Assembly: GCF_009914755.1 (NCBI RefSeq)
Contig: NC_060935.1
Reading direction: 5' to 3' (one strand)
DNA from: the human T2T-CHM13v2.0 reference genome, Homo sapiens
DNA: 64,000 bases
Both the position numbers and the translations under genes were made by a program. Positions within the stretch are counted from its first letter, which is position 1; each line of letters opens with the position of its first letter. Of the stretch, positions 1 to 12,554 are shown piece by piece. The notes beneath the pieces were generated by a model. It saw nothing but the letters and a program-made list of their open reading frames with translations. It did no database searches and had not been told where the DNA came from.

Positions 1-2220
1 TCTTCTCATATGCACATGGCACATACTCTAAAATCGACAACACAATCAGCCATAAAACAATGCTCAACAAATTTAAAGAAACCAAATTCATATCAACCAT
101 ACTCTTGGATCACAGTGCAATAAAAATAGAAATCAATACTAAGAAGATCACTCAAAACCATACAATTACATGGTAATTTAACAACTTGCTCCTGAATAAA
201 CAATGAAATTAAGACAGAAATCAAGAAATTATTTAAAACTAATGAGAACAAAGATACAACATACTAGAATCTATGAGACATCGCTAAAGCAGTGTTAAGA
301 GTTAAGTTTAAATCCCCATATCGAAAAATGAGAAGGAACTCAAATTGACAACCCAACATCACACCCAGGGGAACTAGGGAACCAAGAGCAAACCAACCCC
401 AAAGCTAGCAGAAGAAATAACCAAAATCAGAGCTGAACTGAATGAAATTGAGACACACAAAAAACATACAAAAGATCAAGGAAAGTGGAAGTTGGTTCTT
501 TGAAAGAATAATTAAGGTAGATAGACCACTAGCTAGACTAATAAAGAAAAACAGAGGAGCTTCAAATAAACACAATCAGAAATGACAAAGGGGGCATTAC
601 CACCAACCCCAAAGAAATACAAAAAAATCCTCAGTGACTACTATGAATACCTCTATAGACACAAACTAGAAAACCTACAAGAAATAGAAAATTCCTGGAA
701 ACATACAACCTTCCAAGACTGAACCAGGAAGAAAGTGAAAACCTGAAGAGACTAATTCCAAGTTCCAAAATTGAATCAATAATAAAAAGCCTAACAACTA
801 GAAAAAGCCCAGGACCAGATGGATTCACAGACAAATTCTACTAGATGCATAAAGAAGATCTGGTGCCATTCCTATGGAAACTATTCCCCCCAAAAAAATG
901 AGGAGGAAGGACTCCCTAACTCATTCTGAGGCCAGCATCACTCTGATACAAAAGCCTGGCAGACAGACAACGAAAAAAGAAAACTTCAGACAAATATTCC
1001 TGATGAACATAGCTGCAAAAATCCTTAACAAAATAGTAGCAAATCGAATCAAGCAGTGCATCAAAAAGCTAATCCACAATGATCAAGGAGGCTTTCTCCC
1101 CGGGATGCAAGGCTGGTTCAATGTGCACAAATCACTTAATTGTGATTCATTACATAAACAGACTGAAAATATAAACCATATGATCATCTCGACAGATGCA
1201 GAAAAGGCTTTTGATAAAATTCAATAACGCTTCATGTTAAAAACCTTCCACAAACTAGGCATTGAAGGAACATACCTCAAAATAGTGAGAGCTACAGCCA
1301 ACATCACACTGAATGGGTAAAAGCTGGACGTATTCCCCTTAAGAAACAGAAAAAGACAAGAATGCCCACTGTCATCACTCATATTCAACATAACACTGTA
1401 AGTCCTAGCAAGAGCAATCAGGCAAGAGAAAGAAATAAAAGCATCCAAATAAAAAACAGGAAGTCAAACTATCTGTTTACAGATGATATATTTCATACCT
1501 AGTAAACCCAACAGTCTCTGCCCAAAAGCTACTAGATCTGATAAACAACTTCAGCAAAGTTTCAGGATACAAAATCAATGTATGAAAGTCAGTAGTATTT
1601 CTATACACGAACAAAATTCAAGCTGAGTGCCAAATCAAGAATGCGATCCCATTCACAATACCTATAAAAAAAATACCTAGGAATACAGGTAACCAGGAAA
1701 GTGAAAGATCTCTACAATAAGAATTACAAAACACTACTGAAAGAAATCAAAGACGATGCAAGCAAATTGAAACACATTCCATGCTCATGGATAGGAAGAA
1801 TCAATATTGTTAAAATGATTATACTACCCTAAGCAATTTACAGATTCAGTGCGATTCCTACCAAATTACCAATGATATTCTTCACAAAATTAGAAAAAAA
1901 CTATTCTAAAATTCATCTGGAACCAAAAAGAAGCCCGAATAGCCACAGCAATTCTAAACAAAAAGAACAAATCTGGAGGCATCACATTGCCCAACTTCAA
2001 ACTATACTACAAGGCTACAATAACAAAAACAGCATGATACTGGTACAAAAACAACAGACACACAGACCAATGGAACAGAATAGAGAGCCCAGAAATAATG
2101 CTGCCTTCCTACAATCATCTGATCTGACAAAGCTGACAAATGCAAGCATTGGGGAAAGGACTCTATTCAATTAATGGTGCTGTGAGGGGGTTATCTATAC
2201 GTAGATTGAAACTGGAACCC
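1..2220 (+). mobile_element. LINE-1 ORF2 fragment (old L1PA/L1PB-type), running in from the left edge and lacking its 3' end; antisense to MTMR2
   Basis: Broken ORF2 peptides: PGPDGFT (~808), [38 protein letters not shown] (~1473), [14 protein letters not shown]; many frameshifts. Similarity stops near 2220 with no 3'UTR or poly-A. Confidence 0.95.
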
Positions 2221-3512
2221 TTAGAAATGAATGAAGTGGTGATAAAGAAAATATTTTCTCAAAAACAACAAAACTTATCAGAGTATAGCCAGCACTCTGG
2301 AATATATACATATACACATGCCTATGAAATAATAAGACTTAGGTTTATAGCAACAGAATAATATAGTACAGCACTAGTCTGCCTTGGTTTTCTAATAGTC
2401 CTGCCACCATCTCAGCCAGAGAGTTTTCTTTCCACCATAAGATCAAAACAGTAATCCCATCATCTGATTCTTAGTCATTCCCACACATTTTTTTCTCTGC
2501 TGTTATTATAACAAAGGGTTTTTTTCCTTTGTTACACTATTCTTAAAAGCAATGATCCACTCTTTTGGTCTCAAAAGTTCTACTATTTCAAAGTGTAGCA
2601 TTTAGGTGAACAAAGTTATACAAACATTATTGGTGGGGGGGGAAAATTACTCTCTATATGCTTTTCAAAATAGAATCAATAAATAAGACAAAGCACTCTT
2701 CACTTATTTTTTTGCTGTTGTTTCATGTAGATTTTGTTTTTAGTTACAAATATTCCTAAGAAACTTTCAAATTAAGATTATGTCTAAACAAATGAAGTTT
2801 GGTACCTACTACAGAAGCATATTCTGACTCAAACTCTGGACTTATAAGAATCCCTTTTAATGCTGCAAAGGCAGAAAAATCTGTCTCCAGATAGCAGGGG
2901 TTCACTGATCACATCCAAATATTCCACACCTCAAAACACCAACTTAGCTTCCTCGGAAGGATGGAGACTGAGGTCTTCCACCTCTAACTAAAGGCCTCAG
3001 CCATCTTCCCTCCTGTCCTCTCTAGAGCAGGAACTTCCTAAATCTCCTTTATTTTGTTTTTTTTTAACCTCCCCTCCATTCCACAAACATTTACTGATAT
3101 CATCAATGTACTAAATACTGGGGATAGAGTTCTCTATTTATAAAATGATAATGATGCATTATAAAATCTTGCAATAAGGATCAAAATATTTTAATAAGGA
3201 TCAAAAAGCAAGATCTATAGAAAGTACTTAGTGTTAAGTACTGAACTGGTAGAAAGTGTTCAACAAATAGCATTGTGGAAATACAAGAACAGAATAGGAA
3301 GTCTACTTTTAAGAAGGCATCCACTAATTAAATTAAAATTAAGCAAAGCACTAGGCCCTAAAAGTACTTTTCATTCAGCTCTATAATGTAAAATGTCTTC
3401 ATGTGCACTAGGAAAATTGAATATACATACTTTTAAACTTACAAGTTTTAGTTAACTGATGAATCACATAATACAAAGCACAAATATTGGGGAGAAATTT
3501 TTTTAAATATAA

Positions 3513-3563
3513 ACACACACACACACACGCACGCATGCACGCACACACACACACACACACACA
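3513..3563. repeat. Interrupted (CA)n microsatellite
   Basis: acacacacacacacacgcacgcatgcacgcacacacacac... Confidence 0.95.
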
Positions 3564-6500
3564 CCCTACATGATTTTTTATATAGTCAATCAGAAGACAG
3601 ACCCAAAACTTCAATCACAAAACCAATTTCACCACCAGTATTTTTCAATGTAACCGTTAGAAAAGTATTGACCCTTTCTGGCTCCACTGGTTTGGCCGAG
3701 TGTTAATGGAATTATCATTACTTTATTGTCAATCACAGCAACACCTGAAGGTACTTCACAGCAATGAACAGAATCTAATATTTATAATTTAACAAAAATA
3801 TTTTTTATAAAATTGAAAAAGTATTTCTGAAAATTAAAGATGCAGATGAACAAACATATAAAGAGTATATACACTTTAGAGTATATACTCTAAAGTGAAA
3901 ACAACCTGGAAACTTCAAGTCATCTATCTTTTCATATATCCTAGTAAACAAATGCCTCTAGAAGATTTAGGAGAGGCTGCATTTCTACTGACCATAGTCA
4001 TTACAATAAGATCTAAACCACTTGCCTTAAACTGTTTCACTCTTGCTGCCAATTCAATTTTTCTTCAATATTCCGTAAAAAGAAAAGGTTCTTTTTAAAA
4101 AGTGATTTTCTTGTAAGTAATGTCCTGAGCACATACACAGCATGTTTGCCCAAGAACATTAAAGCATGCCTTCTATATTCTGATTGTGAACAAGCTTTTC
4201 TAGGAACGCAAATTTTGCTCTCAATACTTAACACAATGCACTATAGTATCATAAGCACTGTTCATGCTCTATTAGTCATTCTGTTGAAGATTTTATTTAA
4301 AAAAAATAATAAAAGGCCTGCAGTGTGTATAAAACATTTGAGACACAAAAGACTTATTGTCAGAATATTTGCAGGATCCTCAAAACAGAAAAACAACCCC
4401 CCCAAAACAAATTAATTTATAATTTTTAATAATGTTTAAAAATGCTGTGCCAGAACCCTGCATTAAACTTAGCCAATTCATAAGATAAAAACGATTATAT
4501 AAATGATCATCATGGCATCTGATTGACAGAAATAAGAGACAACATGTTGTATTCTTCCGAGAAACAAAGGAGATTTGAGCTCTGGGACAGCCTTCCAACT
4601 GGTGCATGTTGGCACTTAGTTTGGAAAATCCCAAGGTTCTAAGGTACATGTGACCCTGGACACAGTTATCAATTTATTTCCAGGTCTATTAATTACATTT
4701 CCCAAAATATAACACAGGCATATGATTTCATAATGCAGCAGAGTCTGAACAACCAGTTTGTATAGAAAATAATTTACATATGTCTGTTTTTTCTCCAGAG
4801 TATTGTTTCTTCAAAGAACTTATTGGGAAATTTAAATAAATAAAGAGGTGAAAGCCAAAGTATTCTGCGGAAAATGAATGTGTCCCTGGGAGACAGGGGT
4901 GAGGACTGGAGGGCAGGAAGGACCTTGAGTTCCAGCACCAATCTCACAGCCTCAGCACCCCGTTTAAGGAGCTTCTCAGAATCTCTTCAAAAACCTCCGA
5001 TTCAAATTCAGATGACAGCTCAAATGAAAACACACAGATTCATAAGTAGCCAAGAGGGAAAAAGTTATTTAAATATCACTTAACTGAGAGAAGAATCAAA
5101 CTAAACTGAAAACTGGTCAGATTATTAGAGCTCTGAAATTAACCCTTCCATCCCAAACTAAAGTATACAGGCAAAAACACTAAAAGAGAGAAGGTGATCT
5201 ATTCCCTAAACACTTGCTCAACAAACACTTACTTGGACAAGTATAGAAAACAGGGAAATTTATGTCTTGAAAAATGATCTGTCATGTAATTTTCTCACTC
5301 CACCTTGCAAACCTGAATTCATTATTCAAATTAGAAAGTCATATATCCATTATTTTTGCTATCCAGATAGATATATTTTGTTTTTCCAAGACAAGCAAAA
5401 CTGTTTATTATACAATTAATCTTTCACTACCCTTTCAATGTAATGAGATACAACTTTTCTGCACAAACTTCAAAGTCATATAAATGAAGTTAACACAGGT
5501 GGGTTTTTTTTTTTTTCAGTTACTAAGTTAAAACTCTCAGTAGGAAAGGTAGAGCATTCAACATCTTTCTCTTTGTAGTCCAGAAAGGTTAAGCTAAAAA
5601 TCAAAATACTGACATTACTCAGTGATCCATGCCTGCCAAGGATATCTCTCCCTAATTTTGAATACTCTTCCCTATTTACCAGATTAGTTGTTAGAAATCA
5701 TAAACTAGAAAACCACATAATAGATAAGGTTCCTTTCTAGAGCTCTTATAAGTACAATCTTGTTTCCATGGTTATGAAAAGAACAAAAAAGTTTTTAATG
5801 AAAAGAAAATTTATAATTGAAAAATATAATAATTTTTTAGAAATCAATAGGCTATTTTAAAATGACGTTTTTTAAAAATCATAGAATAAAAATGTCTTGA
5901 AATATTAAAAAAAGGCATTGCATCATTAAACTCTCTAGTAATTTGAGAATTACAGAGTATTTCCAAAATTAAGATAACGAGATTTACTCATATAAAGTTA
6001 CAAATCAGTAACTATCAATATACCATACATAATACAATATAAAATATACACAATACTAAAACGAATTCAAACTCTTATAGTTCAAAAATACTTTATAAAT
6101 TTCAGTCCCTCAGAGATCTTGTGAATATCAACTATAAAATATAGTATTATAAATACAATAAAATTATTTCAATTATTTAAAGTTTCTGGCTTGGTATATA
6201 AAGCATCAGATTCTGTATGAAGCAAATAAAATCACTCCTAACTAGCGTACTTCACAGAATACAAATGAAGAAAAGTTTTAACAGTAAACTGTTCATAGTA
6301 TAGCTTATCAAGCACCTACTATTTGCAAAACACTATAAAATTTGTACCTACTATTTCACTCAAAAAATGAAATCAGATCCTCATTTTCGTAAGCATGAAA
6401 CTTAAATCCAGGTAGAAATAATATCATGGATACAAAAAAAAGTTTTTTCTTTCCTTCACCAAGTCTATCCAATGATTTCAAAACCAGAATGAGTCACATA

Positions 6501-6869
6501 TCTGACTAAAAATGAAGAAACAGTATGTTTTTCATTTACATAACCCATATGTCCTCTTATTTTTTTCAGGAACAGTGATGGATTGGTTATAATCTTATAC
6601 ATCCTATAAGCAGAGGGTTCTATAGACAGGAAATACAGTGAAGTTATATGGCCCTGCAAAAAAATCATGATGCTACATGGTAAAGTCTAGAACTGGGAAT
6701 TAGGAGATCATCTCTGACACTAAATAGCTCTATGACCTCAGAGGAAAACCACAACCTTTCCTGGCCCTCTAACATTTATTGTGCTTTGGGGTAAATTATT
6801 AGAGTTCTCTAGATCTATTTCCACATCTGAAAACTTTTGGAACTAGACTAGCATCCAACAGCATTTGGA

Positions 6870-7020
6870 TGGGTGGTTCTTCAACTGTTAAATGCCGATT
6901 CCTAACGTCACCTCAATGATTCAGAATGTCCACGCTGAAACCTAGGAAGTTAAATGTTCACCAAGTTCACAGTTGACTGAAATACATAGGTGGTCCTCAG
7001 CCACAGTTGAAAAACACTAA
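6870..7020. mobile_element. Degenerate MER5-type hAT MITE
   Basis: Ends resemble MER5 TIRs (gtggttcttcaa ... cagttgaaaaacact); highly diverged. Confidence 0.5.
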
Positions 7021-7654
7021 TTAGTTGATCTCTAATCCCTCTAAGAGTGTGAAAAGATGATATAATTCATTTCAGCACCAAGCTTTTAGGAATTCAGAAT
7101 CTAGCACAGTGTGTAAGGCACAGTAGATGTTAAACAATTATTTGCAGAAAGAAAGGAAGGGAAAGAGGAGGGGAAAAAAAGAAAGAATAGAGAAAGAGGG
7201 GGAAGGAAGGCGGCTAACTAACTGGTCATATTTTTGGCTAAGAAACATACAAAACAGTAGTAAAATTACACTTGAATAACATACACAACACACATCAATA
7301 GCTGGAAAGCAAAGACCTTAGTATCTATAACATTTTGCATATAACATGAATTCTTGTCATCCTCTTCTCAAGTCAAACTGCAAATTGCTAAGGAGGAAAA
7401 GGAAGAAAACAGAACATGGATGCCAAAAGAATTCTAATGGAAAATAACTGGATGACTAAAACTTAGTGACTGCTTTCCCCAAGTAGAAGAGAACACAGAA
7501 TTTTAAGGACAGGGACTTGGAAATGGAACTGAAGTTTGAAACTACTTGTTACTCATAAGTGCAAATTTCATTTGGGATAATATATAATCCAGAAATACTG
7601 TTGGCAATATTAACTTTTGTCCATTTTTATATCTGCATTTTCCCATTCACTTAC

Positions 7655-7725
7655 ATTATAATTTTTGAGATGTTTTATCTTCACTTCTGATGATCTTCAA
7701 ATGTCAATGGCTCTTAACACATTAA
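7655..7725 (-). other. MTMR2: 71-nt alternative cassette exon of MTMR2 (exon 1a-like), introduces a stop codon
   Basis: Minus strand reads tgtgtttatttacag|TTAATGTGTT...AAATTATAAT|gtaagt, a canonical acceptor and a perfect GTAAGT donor. Fits my recollection of MTMR2 variants with an extra exon in intron 1 that encode an N-terminally shorter isoform. Confidence 0.8.
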
Positions 7726-8219
7726 CTGTAAATAAACACAAAGGAACTTAGGGGAATTCAGAAATTTAAGGAACCCTAAAATATTCTAAATCATTGTGCA
7801 AAGCCTGCAGGGCAGGGAGTGGTGGGGAGGAGGCTTTGGCAATTACTTGCTTCATACTTTACATGATCTTCAAAATGTAAAACTGTTCTTTTGAATGAAA
7901 TGATACTACCGATACTACCCTCTTAATCATCAGGTAATGAATGAAATGATACTATCCTCTTAATCTCAGGCAAAGAAAAAAAAACATCCTATTTTCTGTC
8001 AGAAGGCAAACAAAATTCAAAGGTAAAGAAAATTCTCTCCAAATACAAACTCTCACTTGGTGAATGTATACTGTATCTTTATCCTTCTCCAGCAAAATAG
8101 CAGGTCAAGGAAACTCATGTCCTTATCACTACCACCCAATCAACCTGCCCTGGGACTGCCCTCTAACTACAAAGCTTTGGTCTGCACCTGGGGCACTAGA
8201 TCTTCAGGCATGTGTGTTC

Positions 8220-8430
8220 TTTAGAGCACACAGACCCTGAAGTCAAATGGACTTGAATTCACATGTCAAGGTACCCTCTCTAATCTTCCGTTTTCTTCTC
8301 TGTAAAATGGAAACATTAACACTCTCTACTTTATACAGTTATGAGGATTATATGAGAAAATGCATAGAAGAAATGTAGCACCATGCCCAGCATAGTAAGC
8401 ATGCAATAAATGTTGTGCTATTTATATTAT
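8220..8430 (+). mobile_element. MIR SINE
   Basis: MIR core ttttcttctctgtaaaatgg...gaggattatatgag...gcatagtaagcatgcaataaatgtt. Confidence 0.8.
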
Positions 8431-9689
8431 TGTTGTGTTTAATATTAACATTATTATTACTATAACTGTCTACCACTAGGAAAGCAAGGCTTGTCTTCAG
8501 TGTTGCTATTTTGAGGCAATGCCTTTGGTTATGATAAAAGAATGTTGTTATCTAATATTGGTAACAGAGAACAGAGAACAAAATTTTATTTTTGAACTTT
8601 GCTGGGCTTCTTGGCTCGCTCAAGAATATTAAGGCTTGTAATCACCAGCCCATCATCAGCCAGTTATTTTCCCTTTTGCTAATGCATAACCTCCAGACAA
8701 GGCCTCCTCCCTACCTCAGCAACTGCTCATTTGCTGCTATCAGTAAAAGCAATTCTGCCGAGAAGAGAAATGGATATGTTTCTGACTTAATGTCTATTAA
8801 ATCCTCAGAGCCTGATGAATAAATGTTTTATCAATCCAAAGGAGACTTATATACATATGCTCTTCTATTCACATCCAAATTATAAACTCCTTATGTTTGA
8901 AATTATATGCTTAAAATATTAATATTTAAGTTAGGTGACAAAAGAATATATAAGACACAGATGTCTCCGCATTTTTAATAAAATGTTTAGGTCAAAGATA
9001 TAAAAACAAACTGAATATTGGCAAAAGCATTCATAAATTAAAATGGTCAGCTTTATTTATTTCCCTTATGGAAACCACATCCTTACAACTGAAATGAGAG
9101 AAAATACCTAAGTAGAACCCGATGCAACATTCTAGAAGAGGATAAAATACATGGATACATGGCTTGGAAATGGATGTCAAATTGGAAGTAAGCAGAGTAG
9201 GCCATCAACTTCATTACCACTACTACTTTACCGTGCAATTCCTTGAGCTCTTCAAGTGAAATACAATATAGCACGGCAATCCATTCTTCCTTTGATTTCT
9301 GTTTCCCCATCACTTAATGATCTTGTCAATATTAAATGTACCACTTTCATTTTATGGTTCCAGATTAGGATTATAAAAATCTGACCCAAGACAAGACACA
9401 AAAAAATAGAAAGCTAAACTCAAGAGTTCAGAGTGCTCCAAGATACAATTCTCTTTTTTGGTCTGCAGCAATGTATTACCTCCTCTCTTTCAGTGTGTTT
9501 TCTATTTTGGTCATCGCATTTGCAGCTCTAAGGGTGTCTCTGGCATAAGTGAAATATTGCAGACTTTAGGTGGAAAATGTCTTTCTTTTAAATGATTCAT
9601 CTGTACCCAAGGGGAAAAGCTGCTATGACTCCAATACCCATTCTCTCCTATTCCTCAGTGACAGAACCTCCAAATTTAGCTCAGCACAA

Positions 9690-10062
9690 AGGCCTCACAG
9701 ATGAGACTGCCTATCCCAGCCTCTTGTTTACCTACGTATGGCCATGGGACCATCCATGTTTTAGCCAACTGGATGTAAGTTAAAAAAAATGACATATGAC
9801 TGCCAAAAAAGTATCCTTCAAAGAGAGAGAGTATGCTCCTCTTCTTCCCTTCCTCCTGAAGATATAATAGCTGGAGTTCCAACAATAATTTTGGTTCATG
9901 AGGTAACCCTGGAATGTAAGACAATCTGGGTCCTTGATACTTCAGATCCACCATATTAGATCTGTATTGACTATCTCCAGGCTTTCATGTGGAAAAAAAT
10001 TTAGCATCTCCTATATTAAGCCACTGTCAGTTTGTATTTTGTTATGTGCTGCTAAACCTAAA
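9690..10062 (+). mobile_element. Old MaLR LTR fragment (MLT1J/K/L-like)
   Basis: agctggag...tgggtccttga...ttaagccactg...ttgttatgtgctgctaaacctaa, typical of an MLT1 3' half. Confidence 0.6.
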
Positions 10063-10894
10063 GTAGAACTTAAAAAAAAAAAAGAATTTTCCAAATAACA
10101 GTGTTTAAATTTTTAATTAAAATATATTTTACAGGTAATTTTTAATATATTTAATACACAGCATTTGCTCTTATTTACTCTAGACTAAAAATATTTAAAG
10201 AGCCCAAGAGTTATTCACACAAAGTAAGAGTCTTTGAAAGAATAAATATTCACCAGTGATTATGGCCATAGGTCCTATGTACTTGGGGAAGGGAAGAATT
10301 ATGAAGCTTGCTTATTAACAGTTTGTATTAATGACAACATTGGTACCTATATAGAAACATATTAGGAGGGACAGGCACAATTAGCTTTGCATAATAAAGC
10401 TACAGGAAAGGGAACTGAAGTTATTATTTTCAAGAAGGCATCTTCCCTAGTCCTTTTTATTTTAATAATCTAGTACCAACTTTATCTTTTTATACAGTTC
10501 CATTTTTAATTTGACTTCCTGTGGAAAGCAGGTTTTTAAAATCACTCCCTATCCTTGACTATCACCTCTAATAGTGTTTAATTATTATCTACCGATTTAA
10601 CTAAATCAAACAGTAGACACAAAGATAGCAAGTACTTTACATATTCAAAACCATCTTCCTTACAAAGGAAAAATATTCCACACTAAAATCTGGAGAATTT
10701 CCATTACTCAAATCCTGAATCGCACGCAATCTTTGGCTCTGATGATTTTGAATACAATAGCATTAACTTGGCAGCTTTCCAAAATAAACTTACTGCTTTC
10801 TGGTCATCTGTATCCAGGTTATCTCCTTCCCCTGGGCATAATCCAAACTTTACAGGTTCAGGTGATGGCCTCCTGGAATTACTTGTTCATAATA

Positions 10895-11317
10895 CAGTTG
10901 ACCCTTGAACAACACAGGAGTTGGGGTGCTGACCTTCAACGCAGCTGAAAATCCGCATATAATTTTGACTCCCCAAACTACTCCCCAGACTTAACTATTA
11001 ATAGACTACTGTTGACTGGAAGCTTTACGGATAACATAAACAGCCCATCAAAACATATTTCAGGCTGCACGCCAATATACTGAACTCTAACAATGAAAAA
11101 AAATGTTATTAAGACAATCACAAAGAAAAGAAAATACATTTACTACCCATTAAGTGGAAGTGGGTCATCATAAAGTTTGTTACCCTCATCATGTTGCACA
11201 TGCTGAGGAGGAAAAGGAGGGGTTGGTCTTGCTGTGTCAGGGGTGGCAGAAGCAGAAGAAAATCCACATAAAAGTGGATCTGAACAGTTCACACCCATGT
11301 GGTTCGAGGGTCAACTG
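10895..11317. mobile_element. Tigger2-derived non-autonomous element (Tigger2a/MER28-like)
   Basis: TIRs cagttgacccttgaacaacac / tgtggttcgagggtcaactg with TA on both flanks. Confidence 0.9.
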
Positions 11318-11619
11318 TACTTTTTTTAAAAATGCTTGTTTCCACTAATCTTTCTCACTAAGAATCTATTTTTAAGAAAAAGCCTAAAACGCATATTCTT
11401 GTTTTATGTTACTCAAAGAAAAATGCCTTAGGAAATTTCCTAGAAATCAAATCTAATAAATCGACAAGAGATGACTTTTACCTTTTACTACTTTAGTCAA
11501 CATTTTTACAAAAATGCTCTCAAGTAATAGTTTTACAGTACTTCTAACATAGACCTTAACTTAGTTTTAACTAATGTTGATTGCATTACAAAAGGCACCA
11601 ATTAGCAAAAGATCCAAGG

Positions 11620-11808
11620 CAGTGGTTCTCAAACTTCAGCATCCATCGGGATCACCTGGAAAGCTTGCTAAAACACCAACAGCTGGGCTCCACCCCTAAA
11701 ATGTTAATTCAGTTAGGTCCAAGGTAGGGCCCAAGAATTTGCATTTTTAACAAATCCCAAAGAGATACTGATGCTACTGGCCTGGAGACCAAACTTTGAG
11801 AACTACTG
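11620..11808. mobile_element. MER5A hAT-Charlie MITE
   Basis: TIRs cagtggttctcaaa / tttgagaactactg, 189 bp, internal atcacctgg and atttgcatttttaacaa. Confidence 0.9.
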
Positions 11809-12029
11809 GTCTACACTAATAGGAAATTATTGATAATAGCATAAAAAGGAAAAATACAGATATATACGGGACCCAGTCTCAGGTTCACTATCAACTTGCA
11901 TTCTTCAAATATGTGCTTTCTGAAAAGCTACATAATTACTATGTCAGACCAATATTGTTTCTTATCTAAGAGAACTTAGATCTTTGAGGGTTTTTAAGTA
12001 ATGAAATCCAAATAAGTAATTTTTAGTCT

Positions 12030-12256
12030 AATATGTTCAATGTTTGATACAAGGTACTACTAATAATGCCAAGGTTGTAGGTTCAATCTGGTAGCTTTAC
12101 TCTGTTTTACAGCTATAATTTCTACCTCTAATCTTGCCAGCTGTCTCAGCAGACATGCCAAGAGTGACAAAGGGAATGGGTAAAAATGTGTGATTGTACA
12201 CAAATCCATCACCACTACTAGAAAAACAACATAAAAGCATATTTCCTACCAACATA
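12030..12256 (+). mobile_element. MamSINE1-like ancient tRNA-derived SINE
   Basis: tRNA-Ile-like head ctaataatgccaaggttgtaggttcaatc followed by body aaatccatcaccactactagaaaaacaac. Confidence 0.7.
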
Positions 12257-12260
12257 TCAC

Positions 12261-12554
12261 TTTTTTTTCTTGAGACGGGGTCTCACTGTCTTGCCCAGGC
12301 CAGAATACAGTGGCACTATCACAACCCACTGCAGCCTCAACGTTCCCAGGCTCAGGTGATCCTCTCACACCAGCCTCCCAAGTATCTGGGACTACAGGCA
12401 TGCACTACCATGCCCAGCTAACTTTTTATTTTTTGCAGAGACAGTGTTCTGCCATGTGACCCTGGCTGGTCTGGAATTTCTGGACTCAAGCAATCCCAAA
12501 CTGTTCAGCCTCCTAAACTGCTAGGATTACAGGCGTTAGCTACTGCACCTGGCC
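12261..12554 (-). mobile_element. AluJ-type element
   Basis: Diverged dimeric Alu; degenerate TSD ccaacatatcact / ccaacacgtcact. Confidence 0.92.

Noticed and set aside
9083-9313. 76-aa minus-strand ORF ending at a GTAAGG donor-like site, possible hidden exon or transposase relic
   Set aside because: No convincing acceptor or protein motif; does not match MTMR2.
12055-12095. Possible tRNA-Ile gene
   Set aside because: Only the anticodon/T-arm region is similar; no acceptor stem; it is the head of an old SINE.
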